64,000 nt of DNA from an uncultured Candidatus Saccharibacteria bacterium. GTDB taxonomy: Bacteria; Patescibacteriota; Andersenbacteria; UBA10190. The notes below the pieces were generated by a model. That model ran no database searches, was not told the DNA's origin, and saw only the letters and a list, made by a program, of their open reading frames with translations. This document shows positions 1-9,060 of this stretch, in pieces. The DNA lies in the NCBI GenBank assembly GCA_964371255.1, contig CAYJKV010000005.1:13816-77815 (forward strand), given 5' to 3'. Both the position numbers and the translations under genes were made by a program. Positions within the stretch are counted from its first letter, which is position 1; each line of letters opens with the position of its first letter.

Positions 1-17
1 CAAAATTGAATCGGAGC

Positions 18-587
18 TTACTTAGCCTCGCTTTTATCCGTACTTTCCGCTTTTCCAGTTTCTTGAGCCTCGTCTGTCTTCTCCCCTTCTGTGCTGACTT
101 CCTTCTGCTCTTCCTTCGCTTCCGCAGCTGCTTTCTCTGCCGCAATCTTTTTCCTTTCTTCCTTGGCCTGCGCTTCGGCTTCTCGCTTAACCTTGTCCTC
201 TGCTAATCGTTTCTTTTCACCCTCTTCCTTAATCAAGCGCTGCATGGACTTTACGTCTTCCGCAAATCGGCGTCGTCCCATTTGTCTTAGATACAATAGC
301 TTCGCCCGTCTAACCTTTTGTCTCTTCACAATAACAATATTCTGGATCAAAGGACTGTACAGCGGGAAAACTCTTTCTACTCCAAAACCACCCGTCTCGC
401 GGCGCACGGTAAATGTAGTCGATGGCCCGCTGCCGCGTATTCCCAACACCGTTCCCTCAAAGGCTTGTAGTCGCGACTTTTCGCCTTCCTGCACCTTTGT
501 TTCTACTCTGACAATATCGCCAGCTTTAAGAACCGGCCGTTCTACGCCGACGATCTGCTTCTTTTCAAAATATCTTAATAAATCCAT
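18..587 (-). CDS. rplS: 50S ribosomal protein L19 with long Lys/Glu-rich C-terminal tail
   Basis: GDIVRVETKVQEGEKSRLQAFEG, TFTVRR..GFGVERVFPLYSP and KVRRAKLLYLR motifs. Confidence 0.97.
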   Translation of the reverse strand: MDLLRYFEKKQIVGVERPVLKAGDIVRVETKVQEGEKSRLQAFEGTVLGIRGSGPSTTFTVRRETGGFGVERVFPLYSPLIQNIVIVKRQKVRRAKLLYLRQMGRRRFAEDVKSMQRLIKEEGEKKRLAEDKVKREAEAQAKEERKKIAAEKAAAEAKEEQKEVSTEGEKTDEAQETGKAESTDKSEAK

Positions 588-723
588 AGCTAACTCTCGC
601 TTTGTAGTAATTAAAATCTACACTAAAGGGTAAACAACATAATAATCACTAAGCTATTATAAGTCAATATTATTGACCTATATTCACAGCCTGCCCGGTT
701 TTTCCCATTCGTATCTCGATTAT

Positions 724-1311
724 TTAGGGCAGAAACACCACTGTCATCTCTTGAGCTCTCACGCCATGTGCCAGCGCTTCCTGTCGGCTTGGTTTCCATA
801 TATCAACCACATACTTATTATTAAACCTCTCATTCATACGGTCCTGAACAACGTAGACCTTACCATCAAGTTTAACTTTGCTCCCCAGTGGCAAAAAGTT
901 TGCCGCCATGATTCCTGGACCAACTATCGCGCCGCTAGCCGTTATAAACGGATTACCGTCTGTCTGATCAACCGTTGAGGAATAAGCTGTCACCAGCACC
1001 CTGACTGCACTGCCTTCGGCTAAAGAGGATCTTACTTGGAAAGGTTCAGCCCGTAAGACCCGCTCAAATGTTCTGGCCTGCGGCCACTCATCAATACCTA
1101 CAACCGCCATCCCCTCCAGTGCTGGGTCGCGTTGAAACTCCAGGCTTGAGCCTGATATCCCAAGTTTAGTATTAAAAGCCAGCGTTTGTGCCGGGAATAT
1201 GCTCACACCAGCAAAGATCAGTAAGATAGTTAACTCTAATCCGTCCAAAAACCTTGCTCCTGCCTTATGGAGAAGTTGACCCCCCTTTGTTTGGGTCAGG
1301 GAGTTAGTCAT
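724..1311 (-). CDS. 3D-domain (MltA-like) cell-wall-related protein
   Basis: VTAYSSTVDQTDGNPFITASG...AANFLPLGSKV...VQDRMN..VDIW; N-terminal hydrophobic segment. Confidence 0.88.
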   Translation of the reverse strand: MTNSLTQTKGGQLLHKAGARFLDGLELTILLIFAGVSIFPAQTLAFNTKLGISGSSLEFQRDPALEGMAVVGIDEWPQARTFERVLRAEPFQVRSSLAEGSAVRVLVTAYSSTVDQTDGNPFITASGAIVGPGIMAANFLPLGSKVKLDGKVYVVQDRMNERFNNKYVVDIWKPSRQEALAHGVRAQEMTVVFLP

Positions 1312-1486
1312 ATTTATTTATAAAAAGCTTGATTGTTGCGAATCAAGCTCACCTTTTATATTATCATATTTATGTCCACTAGTCAATGACGTATGAACAA
1401 CAATAGTGCACACATCAATCTATCCACGTTCCTTCGACTAATTATTGTTCTCACTCTCAATCTTATAGGTCGCCAAGCAAAATGCC

Positions 1487-2194
1487 TTAATACACTTCGA
1501 CCCGAACATGTCCTAATCCCCCGCTTATACCAATGGCCTGTTTAGTCGCGATCGTTAAGTCGGCCACACGGTTTCCGTATTTGCTTTGGTAAAAGCCGCC
1601 TGTATCCGTGATCAACACATCTACCGACTGCCCAGAGTTAATATTAGTAACTTTGGCCCTATAACCAACTAAGTGTTTTTTATCGGCGCCGATAGCCATA
1701 GTGAGGGCATGGTCGTTCAATGGTTGCCCATTAGCCATGATTCTAAGCGGGTTACAGCCTAAACAGCCGGCCCGGCTATAATAACTGGCTTCACCTTGCA
1801 GCACCACAGGAGCGCCCCCGCGAGGCAATACCCGCTCCGTCACATATGATTCGTTATCGGCCGATGCCAGTTTCCTAGAGGTCCAATCACCTTTCTTTGT
1901 TTCCACCATGGAATTTGCCGTTACCGATCCAGCCGTTCTTTGGGTATATTCCGGTTCACGCACCACCTCCGCGCCATCCTGCCAATCCTCGCTATGCAAG
2001 AGCTGCACTTGTGCCACCAGCTTTTTAGCCGGGGCTTGAGTGTAATCTACTTCAAAAGCCAGCCCGACCTGCGGTACTAACGAATAAGCCAGCACTGCAG
2101 CCATTAAGGTTATTAAGTTTATTCTTTCTGCGATGGATTTTCTTGTTTTGTGTTTGTTTCCTAAAATGCATATCGCTGCCAATAATAAGGCCAT
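1487..2194 (-). CDS. RlpA-like double-psi beta-barrel protein (lytic transglycosylase-like)
   Basis: GEASYYS...MANGQPLNDHALTMA...VTNINSGQSVDVLITDTGGF...RVADLT..VRVEV. Confidence 0.8.
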   Translation of the reverse strand: MALLLAAICILGNKHKTRKSIAERINLITLMAAVLAYSLVPQVGLAFEVDYTQAPAKKLVAQVQLLHSEDWQDGAEVVREPEYTQRTAGSVTANSMVETKKGDWTSRKLASADNESYVTERVLPRGGAPVVLQGEASYYSRAGCLGCNPLRIMANGQPLNDHALTMAIGADKKHLVGYRAKVTNINSGQSVDVLITDTGGFYQSKYGNRVADLTIATKQAIGISGGLGHVRVEVY

Positions 2195-2369
2195 AAAAGC
2201 ATTTAAGGATTAACACAGTAAGGTTTTCCCAAAGGGACCCTGGTGGGAGCGAATATGGCATTTCGCCTATTTCGCTAAAACTGTCCTGGGCTGCCTATAA
2301 CTCATTAATTGGCTGTTTGGGGCTTAGGGGCCCGCCCAGCCACCCCTAAATGGGGTTAATGAGGGCAAC

Positions 2370-2401
2370 AAAAAAGCCTGATAGAACTATTCCTATCAGG
2401 C
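2370..2401 (-). terminator. Intrinsic terminator-like hairpin just downstream of a sigma70-like promoter
   Basis: Minus strand GCCTGATAG-loop-CTATCAGGC-TTTTTT; TTGACA-N16-TATTAT at about 2412-2439. Confidence 0.6.
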
Positions 2402-2627
2402 AAAACAGAGCATAATACCATAACCACATAATATGTCAAGACACGTTTTCTGGCCCTCGTCAAACCCTGGAAACGCGAAAAAACGACCTGAATTTCGCTG
2501 AAGACATCACTCTCTTGTTACTAATGCCTAACTGTCAGCTGGATTATTGACCTCGATAAAATCAAAAGCTAGAGATACAATCAAAAATCATTCTTCATCC
2601 TCATCCGCTCGTGATATAATATAACCA

Positions 2628-3473
2628 ATGATCAAACATTATCTTTCTATACTTGGTATCAGTTTACTGATTGGTGTGTCTTCTTCGACGGCTCAGGCGC
2701 AAACACCTAGCCAAGCACTTCTCTCCTCCCCTACTGCCGAGTCGAATAGTGTCACCGCAGATTCAGCTATTGAAGAGCTATCAGACTCAGATCTTTCCGT
2801 CGATCTGGCCGCTGAAGCCCTGCCCACCCAAAATCAATTTACTTACCGCTGGGAGAACATGCGCAACAGTGTCCTTCGTTTCTTTACGCTGAAAGCGGAA
2901 AATAAAGTCGAACTCTACGAGCGTCATTTGCATACCCTGGATCGCAAACTGGCTGCCTGCGCAGAAATTGGCGATGAGCAATGTACGGAGGCGATAGAAG
3001 CCCGTATTGAGTCACTCACCGCGCGTGCCACAAACTACTTGGAACGTCGCGAGGAACTTCGGGACAAACTGCAGGATAAATTCCAGGCCTGGCGCCAGCA
3101 TCGCGAAGCCATGATCACTGAACGCCAACAGCGGGTCGCTGAACTTAAAGACAAACGCGAAGAATTAGTCGCTGCTCGTCAGGCAGTTACGGAACAAGCC
3201 CGTCAAAACCGAGCTGCTCGGCAAGAGGAGATAAAGACCAACATACAGGAACAGCGCGAACTGATTGAACAAAATATTGATCAGCGTCAAGAGATCCGTC
3301 AGGAGATCCGACAAGACGCCCAAGAACAAAAACAGCTTAATCTTGAACAGCGGCGCGAAAATCAGGAGCAGCTAATTGAGATGCGAAGCCAAAACGTTAA
3401 AGACAAATTGGATAACACCCGCGCTAAAGTCGAGGCTCGCCAGGAAGCTGCTGCCACTCTCGACGCTGAATAA
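2628..3473 (+). CDS. Secreted coiled-coil protein, DUF5667-like
   Basis: Signal peptide; LPTQNQFTYRWENMRNSVLRFFTLKAENKVEL motif; Q/E/R-rich helical tail. Confidence 0.65.
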   Translation: MIKHYLSILGISLLIGVSSSTAQAQTPSQALLSSPTAESNSVTADSAIEELSDSDLSVDLAAEALPTQNQFTYRWENMRNSVLRFFTLKAENKVELYERHLHTLDRKLAACAEIGDEQCTEAIEARIESLTARATNYLERREELRDKLQDKFQAWRQHREAMITERQQRVAELKDKREELVAARQAVTEQARQNRAARQEEIKTNIQEQRELIEQNIDQRQEIRQEIRQDAQEQKQLNLEQRRENQEQLIEMRSQNVKDKLDNTRAKVEARQEAAATLDAE

Positions 3474-3476
3474 CAA

Positions 3477-4085
3477 CTACCCCTGTTTCATTCCGCTCTT
3501 TTTCTTCCTGCTTACCCACCACTCATCGTTCTTGTCCGCAAACCACCAGTGATCAGAATCTGTTTTTAGGATGCGTAAAGCCAGCCGCTTGGCTGGTTTT
3601 GTTATCAGACGTTTAACTGCTGATGGAATCCATGTCTTGGCCCTGGCGTTTCCAGTATCCGCCTGTTCTTTCAAGGATAATATCCAGTCAAGATTATCTG
3701 CATCCTTAGCCAGCCTGGCCTCCTTGGTCCGCCGTTCCTTATATTCCCGGATTATTTCTAGAATATCCTGTCCAAATGGTAAAGTTGCCGCCAAATCTTC
3801 CACCGCCTTTTGCTCATCTGCCTGTGCGTACTTCTGATGCACATAATTCAAGTCTGATGTCCTGGCTTCTGCCAGGTCATGAAAGAGACACATTTTCAAT
3901 ACCTTCTCCATATTTACCCCCTTTTCCATTTGTGCCAGCGCGTAGCCGATAAACACATCACGACAAATATGTTCCGCCACAGACTGCTTACCGCTGCCCA
4001 GAAAATAAAAGCCGCTGCGCGGCGTTTCCGCCAATATCCCAACCTCAAACAGAAAATCCACTATTTGTGCCGTGTCTTTAGACAT
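3477..4085 (-). CDS. HD-domain phosphohydrolase (YfbR/HDDC2-like nucleotidase)
   Basis: PRSG, SVAEH, CLFHDLAEARTSD and KDADNLD motifs. Confidence 0.88.
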   Translation of the reverse strand: MSKDTAQIVDFLFEVGILAETPRSGFYFLGSGKQSVAEHICRDVFIGYALAQMEKGVNMEKVLKMCLFHDLAEARTSDLNYVHQKYAQADEQKAVEDLAATLPFGQDILEIIREYKERRTKEARLAKDADNLDWILSLKEQADTGNARAKTWIPSAVKRLITKPAKRLALRILKTDSDHWWFADKNDEWWVSRKKKSGMKQG

Positions 4086-4135
4086 CTAGTCAGCTTAGGG
4101 ATTTTCTCGAAATAAAAAAAGCCCTAGCGTTTATG

Positions 4136-4396
4136 CTAGGGATTTATCGCGATTTTATCCTTCTTACGGTCTCGCCAGAACCAGATATAAATCCCGTAAA
4201 TCCAATTCATTGTATAAGCAATGTTTAGGAGAAATACTCCCCACTGGTCATTCAGATAAGATGTAATAAACCAAAAAGGAGCACTCACCAACCCAATCAC
4301 AAATCCCCACTTATTTTTCCGTGCCACCAAGAAAATAGCCGTCACACCGGTCACGGTTATCATTATTTGGCTGATTAAATCGAGCGTCATCATCAT
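4136..4396 (-). CDS. Small 3-TM PnuC-like membrane protein
   Basis: LVARKNKWGFVIGLVSAPFW...QWGVFLLNIAY..NWIYGIYIW pattern. Confidence 0.6.
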   Translation of the reverse strand: MMMTLDLISQIMITVTGVTAIFLVARKNKWGFVIGLVSAPFWFITSYLNDQWGVFLLNIAYTMNWIYGIYIWFWRDRKKDKIAINP

Positions 4397-4424
4397 TCCT
4401 TAAATAAATATTACCACTGCTTCT

Positions 4425-5963
4425 CTACCTTCCGCCAAATCGCCTCAGGTCTCTGGCCAGCAACCACTCTACCGGCGCATAATCATCGGTAAAAATTACC
4501 GTATTCTCACTCGGTTCTTCTAATCCTTCAATTAATTGCGCGGGCAATGACGATAGTATACTGCCAGGCATTAAATTTTCCGGTTCCGCTATCTCCACCC
4601 GCTTGCTAGTCTTAAACCCCACAGCCGCGATGTTTTGAATGTCTTTCGTATCCGGATCTACCGCCGCAAAAAAATAACTGTTCGGCCATACCTTACGCCA
4701 GGTCGCAATTTGCGCCGTCGCGTAGGTTGTCTCTTCTACACCTACATTACCAATCAAATTAGCCACCATAACGCCATTAGCGCTGGTTTTATCTCGCGCT
4801 AACTGTAGAAACTCAAAGGTTGCTAAATGCGGAGGCACATTCCATCCTCGATACGCGTCCAGGTAAATTAAGTCGTATTCACCCGGCGATTTATGCAAAT
4901 ACCTCCGGCCGTCCTCAATGACTACCCTTAAACGCTCACTATCTGGCACTTGAAAATAACGCCTTGCTAAACCAAATAACCTCGGCTCGATTTCCGCCAC
5001 GTCGACTCTAACAGCCGGATCATTTTCTAATAACATCTTAGGCACTATCATCGCTCCCCCGCCGATTACCAGCGCCTTGTTCAATTCCGGCCTGGTCAAT
5101 TTATATAATTCAAAATACTTGTTAAACCCAAACGCCGTTTCCCCGTCCGGCAACAAAATAGCGCTTTCCGCCGTCGCGTCCTGCCAAAGTATACGGGCTA
5201 GCCTGCCTTCATAGATCGTATCGGTTATCGTTATCCGGTCATACAAACCATCTATCATATAAACTACCTTATCCGACCATCTTCCCTGTTGTATTACCCA
5301 CAAAGACATGCCGACCATTACAGCCATTACCACAAAATTAGTCGTCCTTTTCCTACTGCTAAACAATCTTTGGCTATTACCGAGCAGCCCTATACCAAGT
5401 AGCAACAAAGCCACCCCGGTGACAATTAGTCTGAGGCCATAATGTGGGATTAGGTAAAATCCAGTTAAGAAGGTGCCGACAATACTGCCTGCCGTCCCCC
5501 AAAAAAATATACTACCGGCCACCGTCCCGGCCCCCTCCTCGGGCTGTGATTTATGCTGCAAAGCCACCGCGTATGGTGATACCATACCCAGCAATAACGC
5601 TGGGCCAAAAAACAGCAGCACGCTAAATACTGGCGGGCCGCTTACCATTGAGAAAAAATTCACGCTCATAGGCAAGAGGAAGGCTAGTAACAGTTGCAGC
5701 GCCAGCACACTCAAACCACTCAGAATAATTATATTAAACAGATATTCCTCTTTAGTGTACTTATCCGCTATCCGTCCCCCTAAATAATAACCGACACTCA
5801 GTGCGGCTAAAACCACACCAATCACACTCGAGACAGTAAATATGGTCGTGCCAAAAAACGGTGCCAGGATTCTAGTTGCCACCACTTCGACTACGAGTAC
5901 GCAGCCGCCCGTCAAAAAAACCACTGCTTTGAGCTTATTGTTCTTCACCCAGTTAATTAGCAT
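4425..5963 (-). CDS. Fused membrane-domain/spermidine-synthase-like SAM-fold protein
   Basis: N-terminal EVVATRILAPFFG TM domain; ALVIGGG, VAEIEP, EDGR and YDLIYLDAY motifs; FTDDYAPVE end. Confidence 0.85.
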   Translation of the reverse strand: MLINWVKNNKLKAVVFLTGGCVLVVEVVATRILAPFFGTTIFTVSSVIGVVLAALSVGYYLGGRIADKYTKEEYLFNIIILSGLSVLALQLLLAFLLPMSVNFFSMVSGPPVFSVLLFFGPALLLGMVSPYAVALQHKSQPEEGAGTVAGSIFFWGTAGSIVGTFLTGFYLIPHYGLRLIVTGVALLLLGIGLLGNSQRLFSSRKRTTNFVVMAVMVGMSLWVIQQGRWSDKVVYMIDGLYDRITITDTIYEGRLARILWQDATAESAILLPDGETAFGFNKYFELYKLTRPELNKALVIGGGAMIVPKMLLENDPAVRVDVAEIEPRLFGLARRYFQVPDSERLRVVIEDGRRYLHKSPGEYDLIYLDAYRGWNVPPHLATFEFLQLARDKTSANGVMVANLIGNVGVEETTYATAQIATWRKVWPNSYFFAAVDPDTKDIQNIAAVGFKTSKRVEIAEPENLMPGSILSSLPAQLIEGLEEPSENTVIFTDDYAPVEWLLARDLRRFGGR

Positions 5964-6083
5964 ATCTCATGATTATGCGGTAGTAGCCAAGTACAGCGCA
6001 ATCCTACCGTACTGATCTGTTAAGCTGTTCATTACATCCTTAAAAAGGATTATGCTTAACATAAATTATCTCTTTTACTCATT

Positions 6084-6569
6084 ATGACTATCAAACGGCT
6101 CCCTATTCTGCTGTCCTTGTTGGCATTCTCCGTGATTGTTATGGTGGCTTTAGCCTCGTCGCCACAATCCGGCGTTATCTTATCTGCTAGTATCCCGCGC
6201 GAATATTCCGTCCCCAAGTGGCAATGCGACGTCATCTGCAAATGTTCCGCCCCAAGCATGATGTCCGAAATCTTCTATGAGGTAATTGGCACCACCTCTG
6301 GACAGGAAGTAGTTTGTGCTTTGACTGATCCCGCTCCTAACTCCAGCAACCCGGGTAATTATGGCATTCGCAATAGTAGTAACTGTAACACCGAATGCCA
6401 AGCAGCATATCCCAACCGCAACGATGTAAGAGGGGCTTCCATCGTCAGCAGCCGGCAGGCTTGTCACAGAATTGGCGAATGTCTTGTGCCCACTCTGATT
6501 AAATCAAGTTCACAACAAATCCGACCCGCCGAAAATCCGTCTTTGCCGATAAGTCTTTCATCCAGCTAA
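6084..6569 (+). CDS. Secreted Cys-rich hypothetical protein
   Basis: N-terminal hydrophobic helix and several Cys; 161 aa ORF. Confidence 0.55.
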   Translation: MTIKRLPILLSLLAFSVIVMVALASSPQSGVILSASIPREYSVPKWQCDVICKCSAPSMMSEIFYEVIGTTSGQEVVCALTDPAPNSSNPGNYGIRNSSNCNTECQAAYPNRNDVRGASIVSSRQACHRIGECLVPTLIKSSSQQIRPAENPSLPISLSSS

Positions 6570-6878
6570 TACATTCCTTTTAGTCCAAACCAGGCCTACT
6601 CTGGCACTGATTAATTAACAGACCATCCATACGCCAGCGGCGCGATTACTTTATTTATTATGAGTCAGTTCTGGGTTTTACTAGCAAACTGATGTCGCCT
6701 GGTGGCGTCGGAGCAGTGAAGCGATAAGGGAAGGGGTACCTACCCTCCTTCATATAATGAGCTCCTTCGTAAAACCGCATTCGAAGCTTTTAGCAGACTA
6801 CTACAGCTAATTTTTAATTAGCTAATTTTGGTACAAGAATTGCTAAAATGCACGATTTTAGCCTCTGCAAGGCTGCAC

Positions 6879-6937
6879 TTGACTATTTATCAAAAAAAGA
6901 GTATCATATAAAGTCAGTTTTGACCATTCTTTGACAA
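6879..6937 (+). promoter_or_regulatory. Sigma70-like promoter followed by a boxA-like motif
   Basis: TTGACT-N17-TATCAT (6879-6907); ATTCTTTGACAA at 6926-6937. Confidence 0.6.
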
Positions 6938-6966
6938 CCTATACCTCCCACTGAAAGGGGTTCACC

Positions 6967-7578
6967 GTGTCCACAATTCAGAGCATTCTGTCAGTGGTCG
7001 CTGGTCTGCTGTTCTTGGCTGGGTTCGTTCCCTACATTATCGCCATCGTTCGTGGCGAAACGAAACCTGCCAAAGCGTCCTGGGTCATTTGGGCATCACT
7101 CGACACCATCACACTCGTCGGTATGTATGTCTCTAACGCCATGAATGGACAAATCATCGGTGCAATGCTCGGTGCCTGGGTTGTGGTTGCACTGGCCATT
7201 AGGTACGGAAAGCCTGGATGGACAAAGCTGGACGCGTTCTGCTTGGTTGGAGCCGTTGTTGGCATCGTTCTCTGGCAAACGTTCAGTAACCCTGTTCTGG
7301 CAATCCTGACGAGCCAATGCGTCGTATTTATCGGTTCGATCCCAACGTTCGTGTCAGCTTGGCATGATCCCAGCAAGGAGGATCGGACTGCCTGGACGAT
7401 CTTTTGGCTGTCCTGTGTGGCTGCTGTGATTGCGATTCATTCGTGGACTCTACAAGACGCAGCCCAGCCTGTCACTTTCTTCACGATTGAGACAGTGATG
7501 ATGTATCTTCTGTACTTACGGTCTAGAGCTTCAAAGCTTCCTGAGAAGAGTGAGCCTATAAGTCCCAATTATGAATGA
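6967..7578 (+). CDS. Multi-pass membrane protein with PQ-loop-like internal duplication
   Basis: Two repeats: VPYI..IVRGETKP..ASWVIW and IPTF..AWHDPSKE..TAWTIFW. Confidence 0.7.
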   Translation: MSTIQSILSVVAGLLFLAGFVPYIIAIVRGETKPAKASWVIWASLDTITLVGMYVSNAMNGQIIGAMLGAWVVVALAIRYGKPGWTKLDAFCLVGAVVGIVLWQTFSNPVLAILTSQCVVFIGSIPTFVSAWHDPSKEDRTAWTIFWLSCVAAVIAIHSWTLQDAAQPVTFFTIETVMMYLLYLRSRASKLPEKSEPISPNYE

Positions 7579-7826
7579 GTCGAGAACCGAACACCCCTAC
7601 AAAGGAGAGTAAGATGACTCTACGTGTCGTCGGGTGGGGATGTCAGGCAGGCGAGATGTGTGAGCTCTGTTTCGAAAACAGAGCGACCGTCTACGTCACG
7701 GACACACAAGACAAAGGCATGGATTTGATTCCTGCCTGCAACTCCTGTGTGCCTCCTGGCTCTTGCCCAGACCCCATCGCTGATGTCTTCGCCCGAGTTC
7801 TGGAAAAAGCTTCCGCCAACCAGTAA
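7575..7826 (+). CDS. Small putative zinc-binding hypothetical protein
   Basis: CELC...CNSC motifs; overlaps upstream stop; followed by hairpin and T-rich tract near 7847-7882. Confidence 0.45.
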   Translation: MSREPNTPTKESKMTLRVVGWGCQAGEMCELCFENRATVYVTDTQDKGMDLIPACNSCVPPGSCPDPIADVFARVLEKASANQ

Positions 7827-7942
7827 CAAAAGCGTCGATGTCAGACACCCCTAGTAGCTTACGAGCGAACGGGGTTTTCTTTACTCAAATTCCAAATAAA
7901 TAGGGTCAGGTAAATGGGTAAATGAAGTTCAGCCAACGTTTC

Positions 7943-8002
7943 TGCAATTTGCCGAACTTGCAGGCTTTGCCTGCAAACTGAGACCACTGTGTGGTGAAGG
8001 AG
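7943..8002. repeat. 60-bp direct repeat, copy 1 (two internal hairpins)
   Basis: 59/60 identical to 9001-9060. Confidence 0.95.
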
Positions 8003-8067
8003 TAGAAAAATCACGAAGTGGTGGAATGCAGGCGTCAGGTACTTTTATTCATTAGTCCCACTTCGCT

Positions 8068-8265
8068 TCCGCCAGTTAGCGGATGGTGGAGCTTCGCGGG
8101 ACCCTTCTTCGCATCTGTCTATGAAGTATCAGACAAGAAGAAATGGCTTTCCCGTCCTTCTTCGCCAAGGCTTCGAAGAACACTTCTTCTAAACTGGTCT
8201 GAAAATTGAATGTTATACCAAAGAAGGGCTTACGCTTCGAAGCTCCTGCGTCAGCAGGAGTGAAG
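8068..8265. repeat. Cluster of REP-like palindromes
   Basis: TCCGCCAGTTAGCGGA, TTCTTCGCCAAGGCTTCGAAGAA, CTCCTGCGTCAGCAGGAG. Confidence 0.55.
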
Positions 8266-8399
8266 AAGTGAGCTGGCACCAAAAATACACAGCGATGACA
8301 TATATTAATCATGAGAGATATCAATCTTCCGTCTTCCGTCAAAAGCGGGGCACGAGACAGCTAGTCGTGGTTCACCTAGTGCGCTAAACTGTTTCTTGT

Positions 8400-8957
8400 A
8401 TGTTTTATAATGTCTTGTTAGCTGCGGGATCGACCTCTAATCCGGCCCTCGAAGCAGCCATTGCCGTGGAAACTCATAGCTGGTGGTACTACTTCCTTAA
8501 TCCTTTATTGCTGCCAAATCTGGTACCTAGTGGTTACTTTTATTTAGAGAGCGTGTTGTGGATACTTCTAGTGATTGGTTTTGTTCTGCAAAAGAAACCT
8601 CGTCGCTACTATATAAGAAGAATGTCAATTGGAATGGGTATTGCTATAGTCATGGTTGGTTTAGGGCTAATAGTTCCCTCAGCGATAATTCTATTTACAT
8701 TGCCAATATCGCTGTGGATTATGGCGCATGCTCCTTATGTTTATCACTATAATCGTTATCCTGAAGGAATTGGTGATCAGCTGCTAATTATACATGCAAT
8801 TCTAGCGAATGTTCCTATTGCTGGTATATTTTCTGGTGCACTGGGTCACAGTAGTCGTATATATAAGTGGCTTTTTGTAATTGCTTTCCTTTTGCTTTGT
8901 GCCTACAGTTTGTTGATCCTGTTTATGTTTAGGTTTGCTGCTTCTGCTTACGGATAG
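8400..8957 (+). CDS. Hypothetical membrane protein
   Basis: 185 aa, several TM segments, AT-rich codons. Confidence 0.6.
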   Translation: MFYNVLLAAGSTSNPALEAAIAVETHSWWYYFLNPLLLPNLVPSGYFYLESVLWILLVIGFVLQKKPRRYYIRRMSIGMGIAIVMVGLGLIVPSAIILFTLPISLWIMAHAPYVYHYNRYPEGIGDQLLIIHAILANVPIAGIFSGALGHSSRIYKWLFVIAFLLLCAYSLLILFMFRFAASAYG

Positions 8958-9000
8958 GAAACGTGGGGTCAATGATGAATATGCGGGCAGCCACCACTTA

Positions 9001-9060
9001 TGCAATTTGCCGAATTTGCAGGCTTTGCCTGCAAACTGAGACCACTGTGTGGTGAAGGAG
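9001..9060. repeat. 60-bp direct repeat, copy 2
   Basis: 59/60 identical to 7943-8002. Confidence 0.95.

Noticed and set aside
2052-2261. Overlapping ORF as a leader peptide or frameshift partner of the RlpA-like gene
   Set aside because: The main ORF already has a plausible start and signal region, and no supporting motif was found
7931-8082. Integron attC site (GCCAAC...GTTAGC)
   Set aside because: Arms are not complementary across the span, the second repeat copy lacks these ends, and no integron integrase is present
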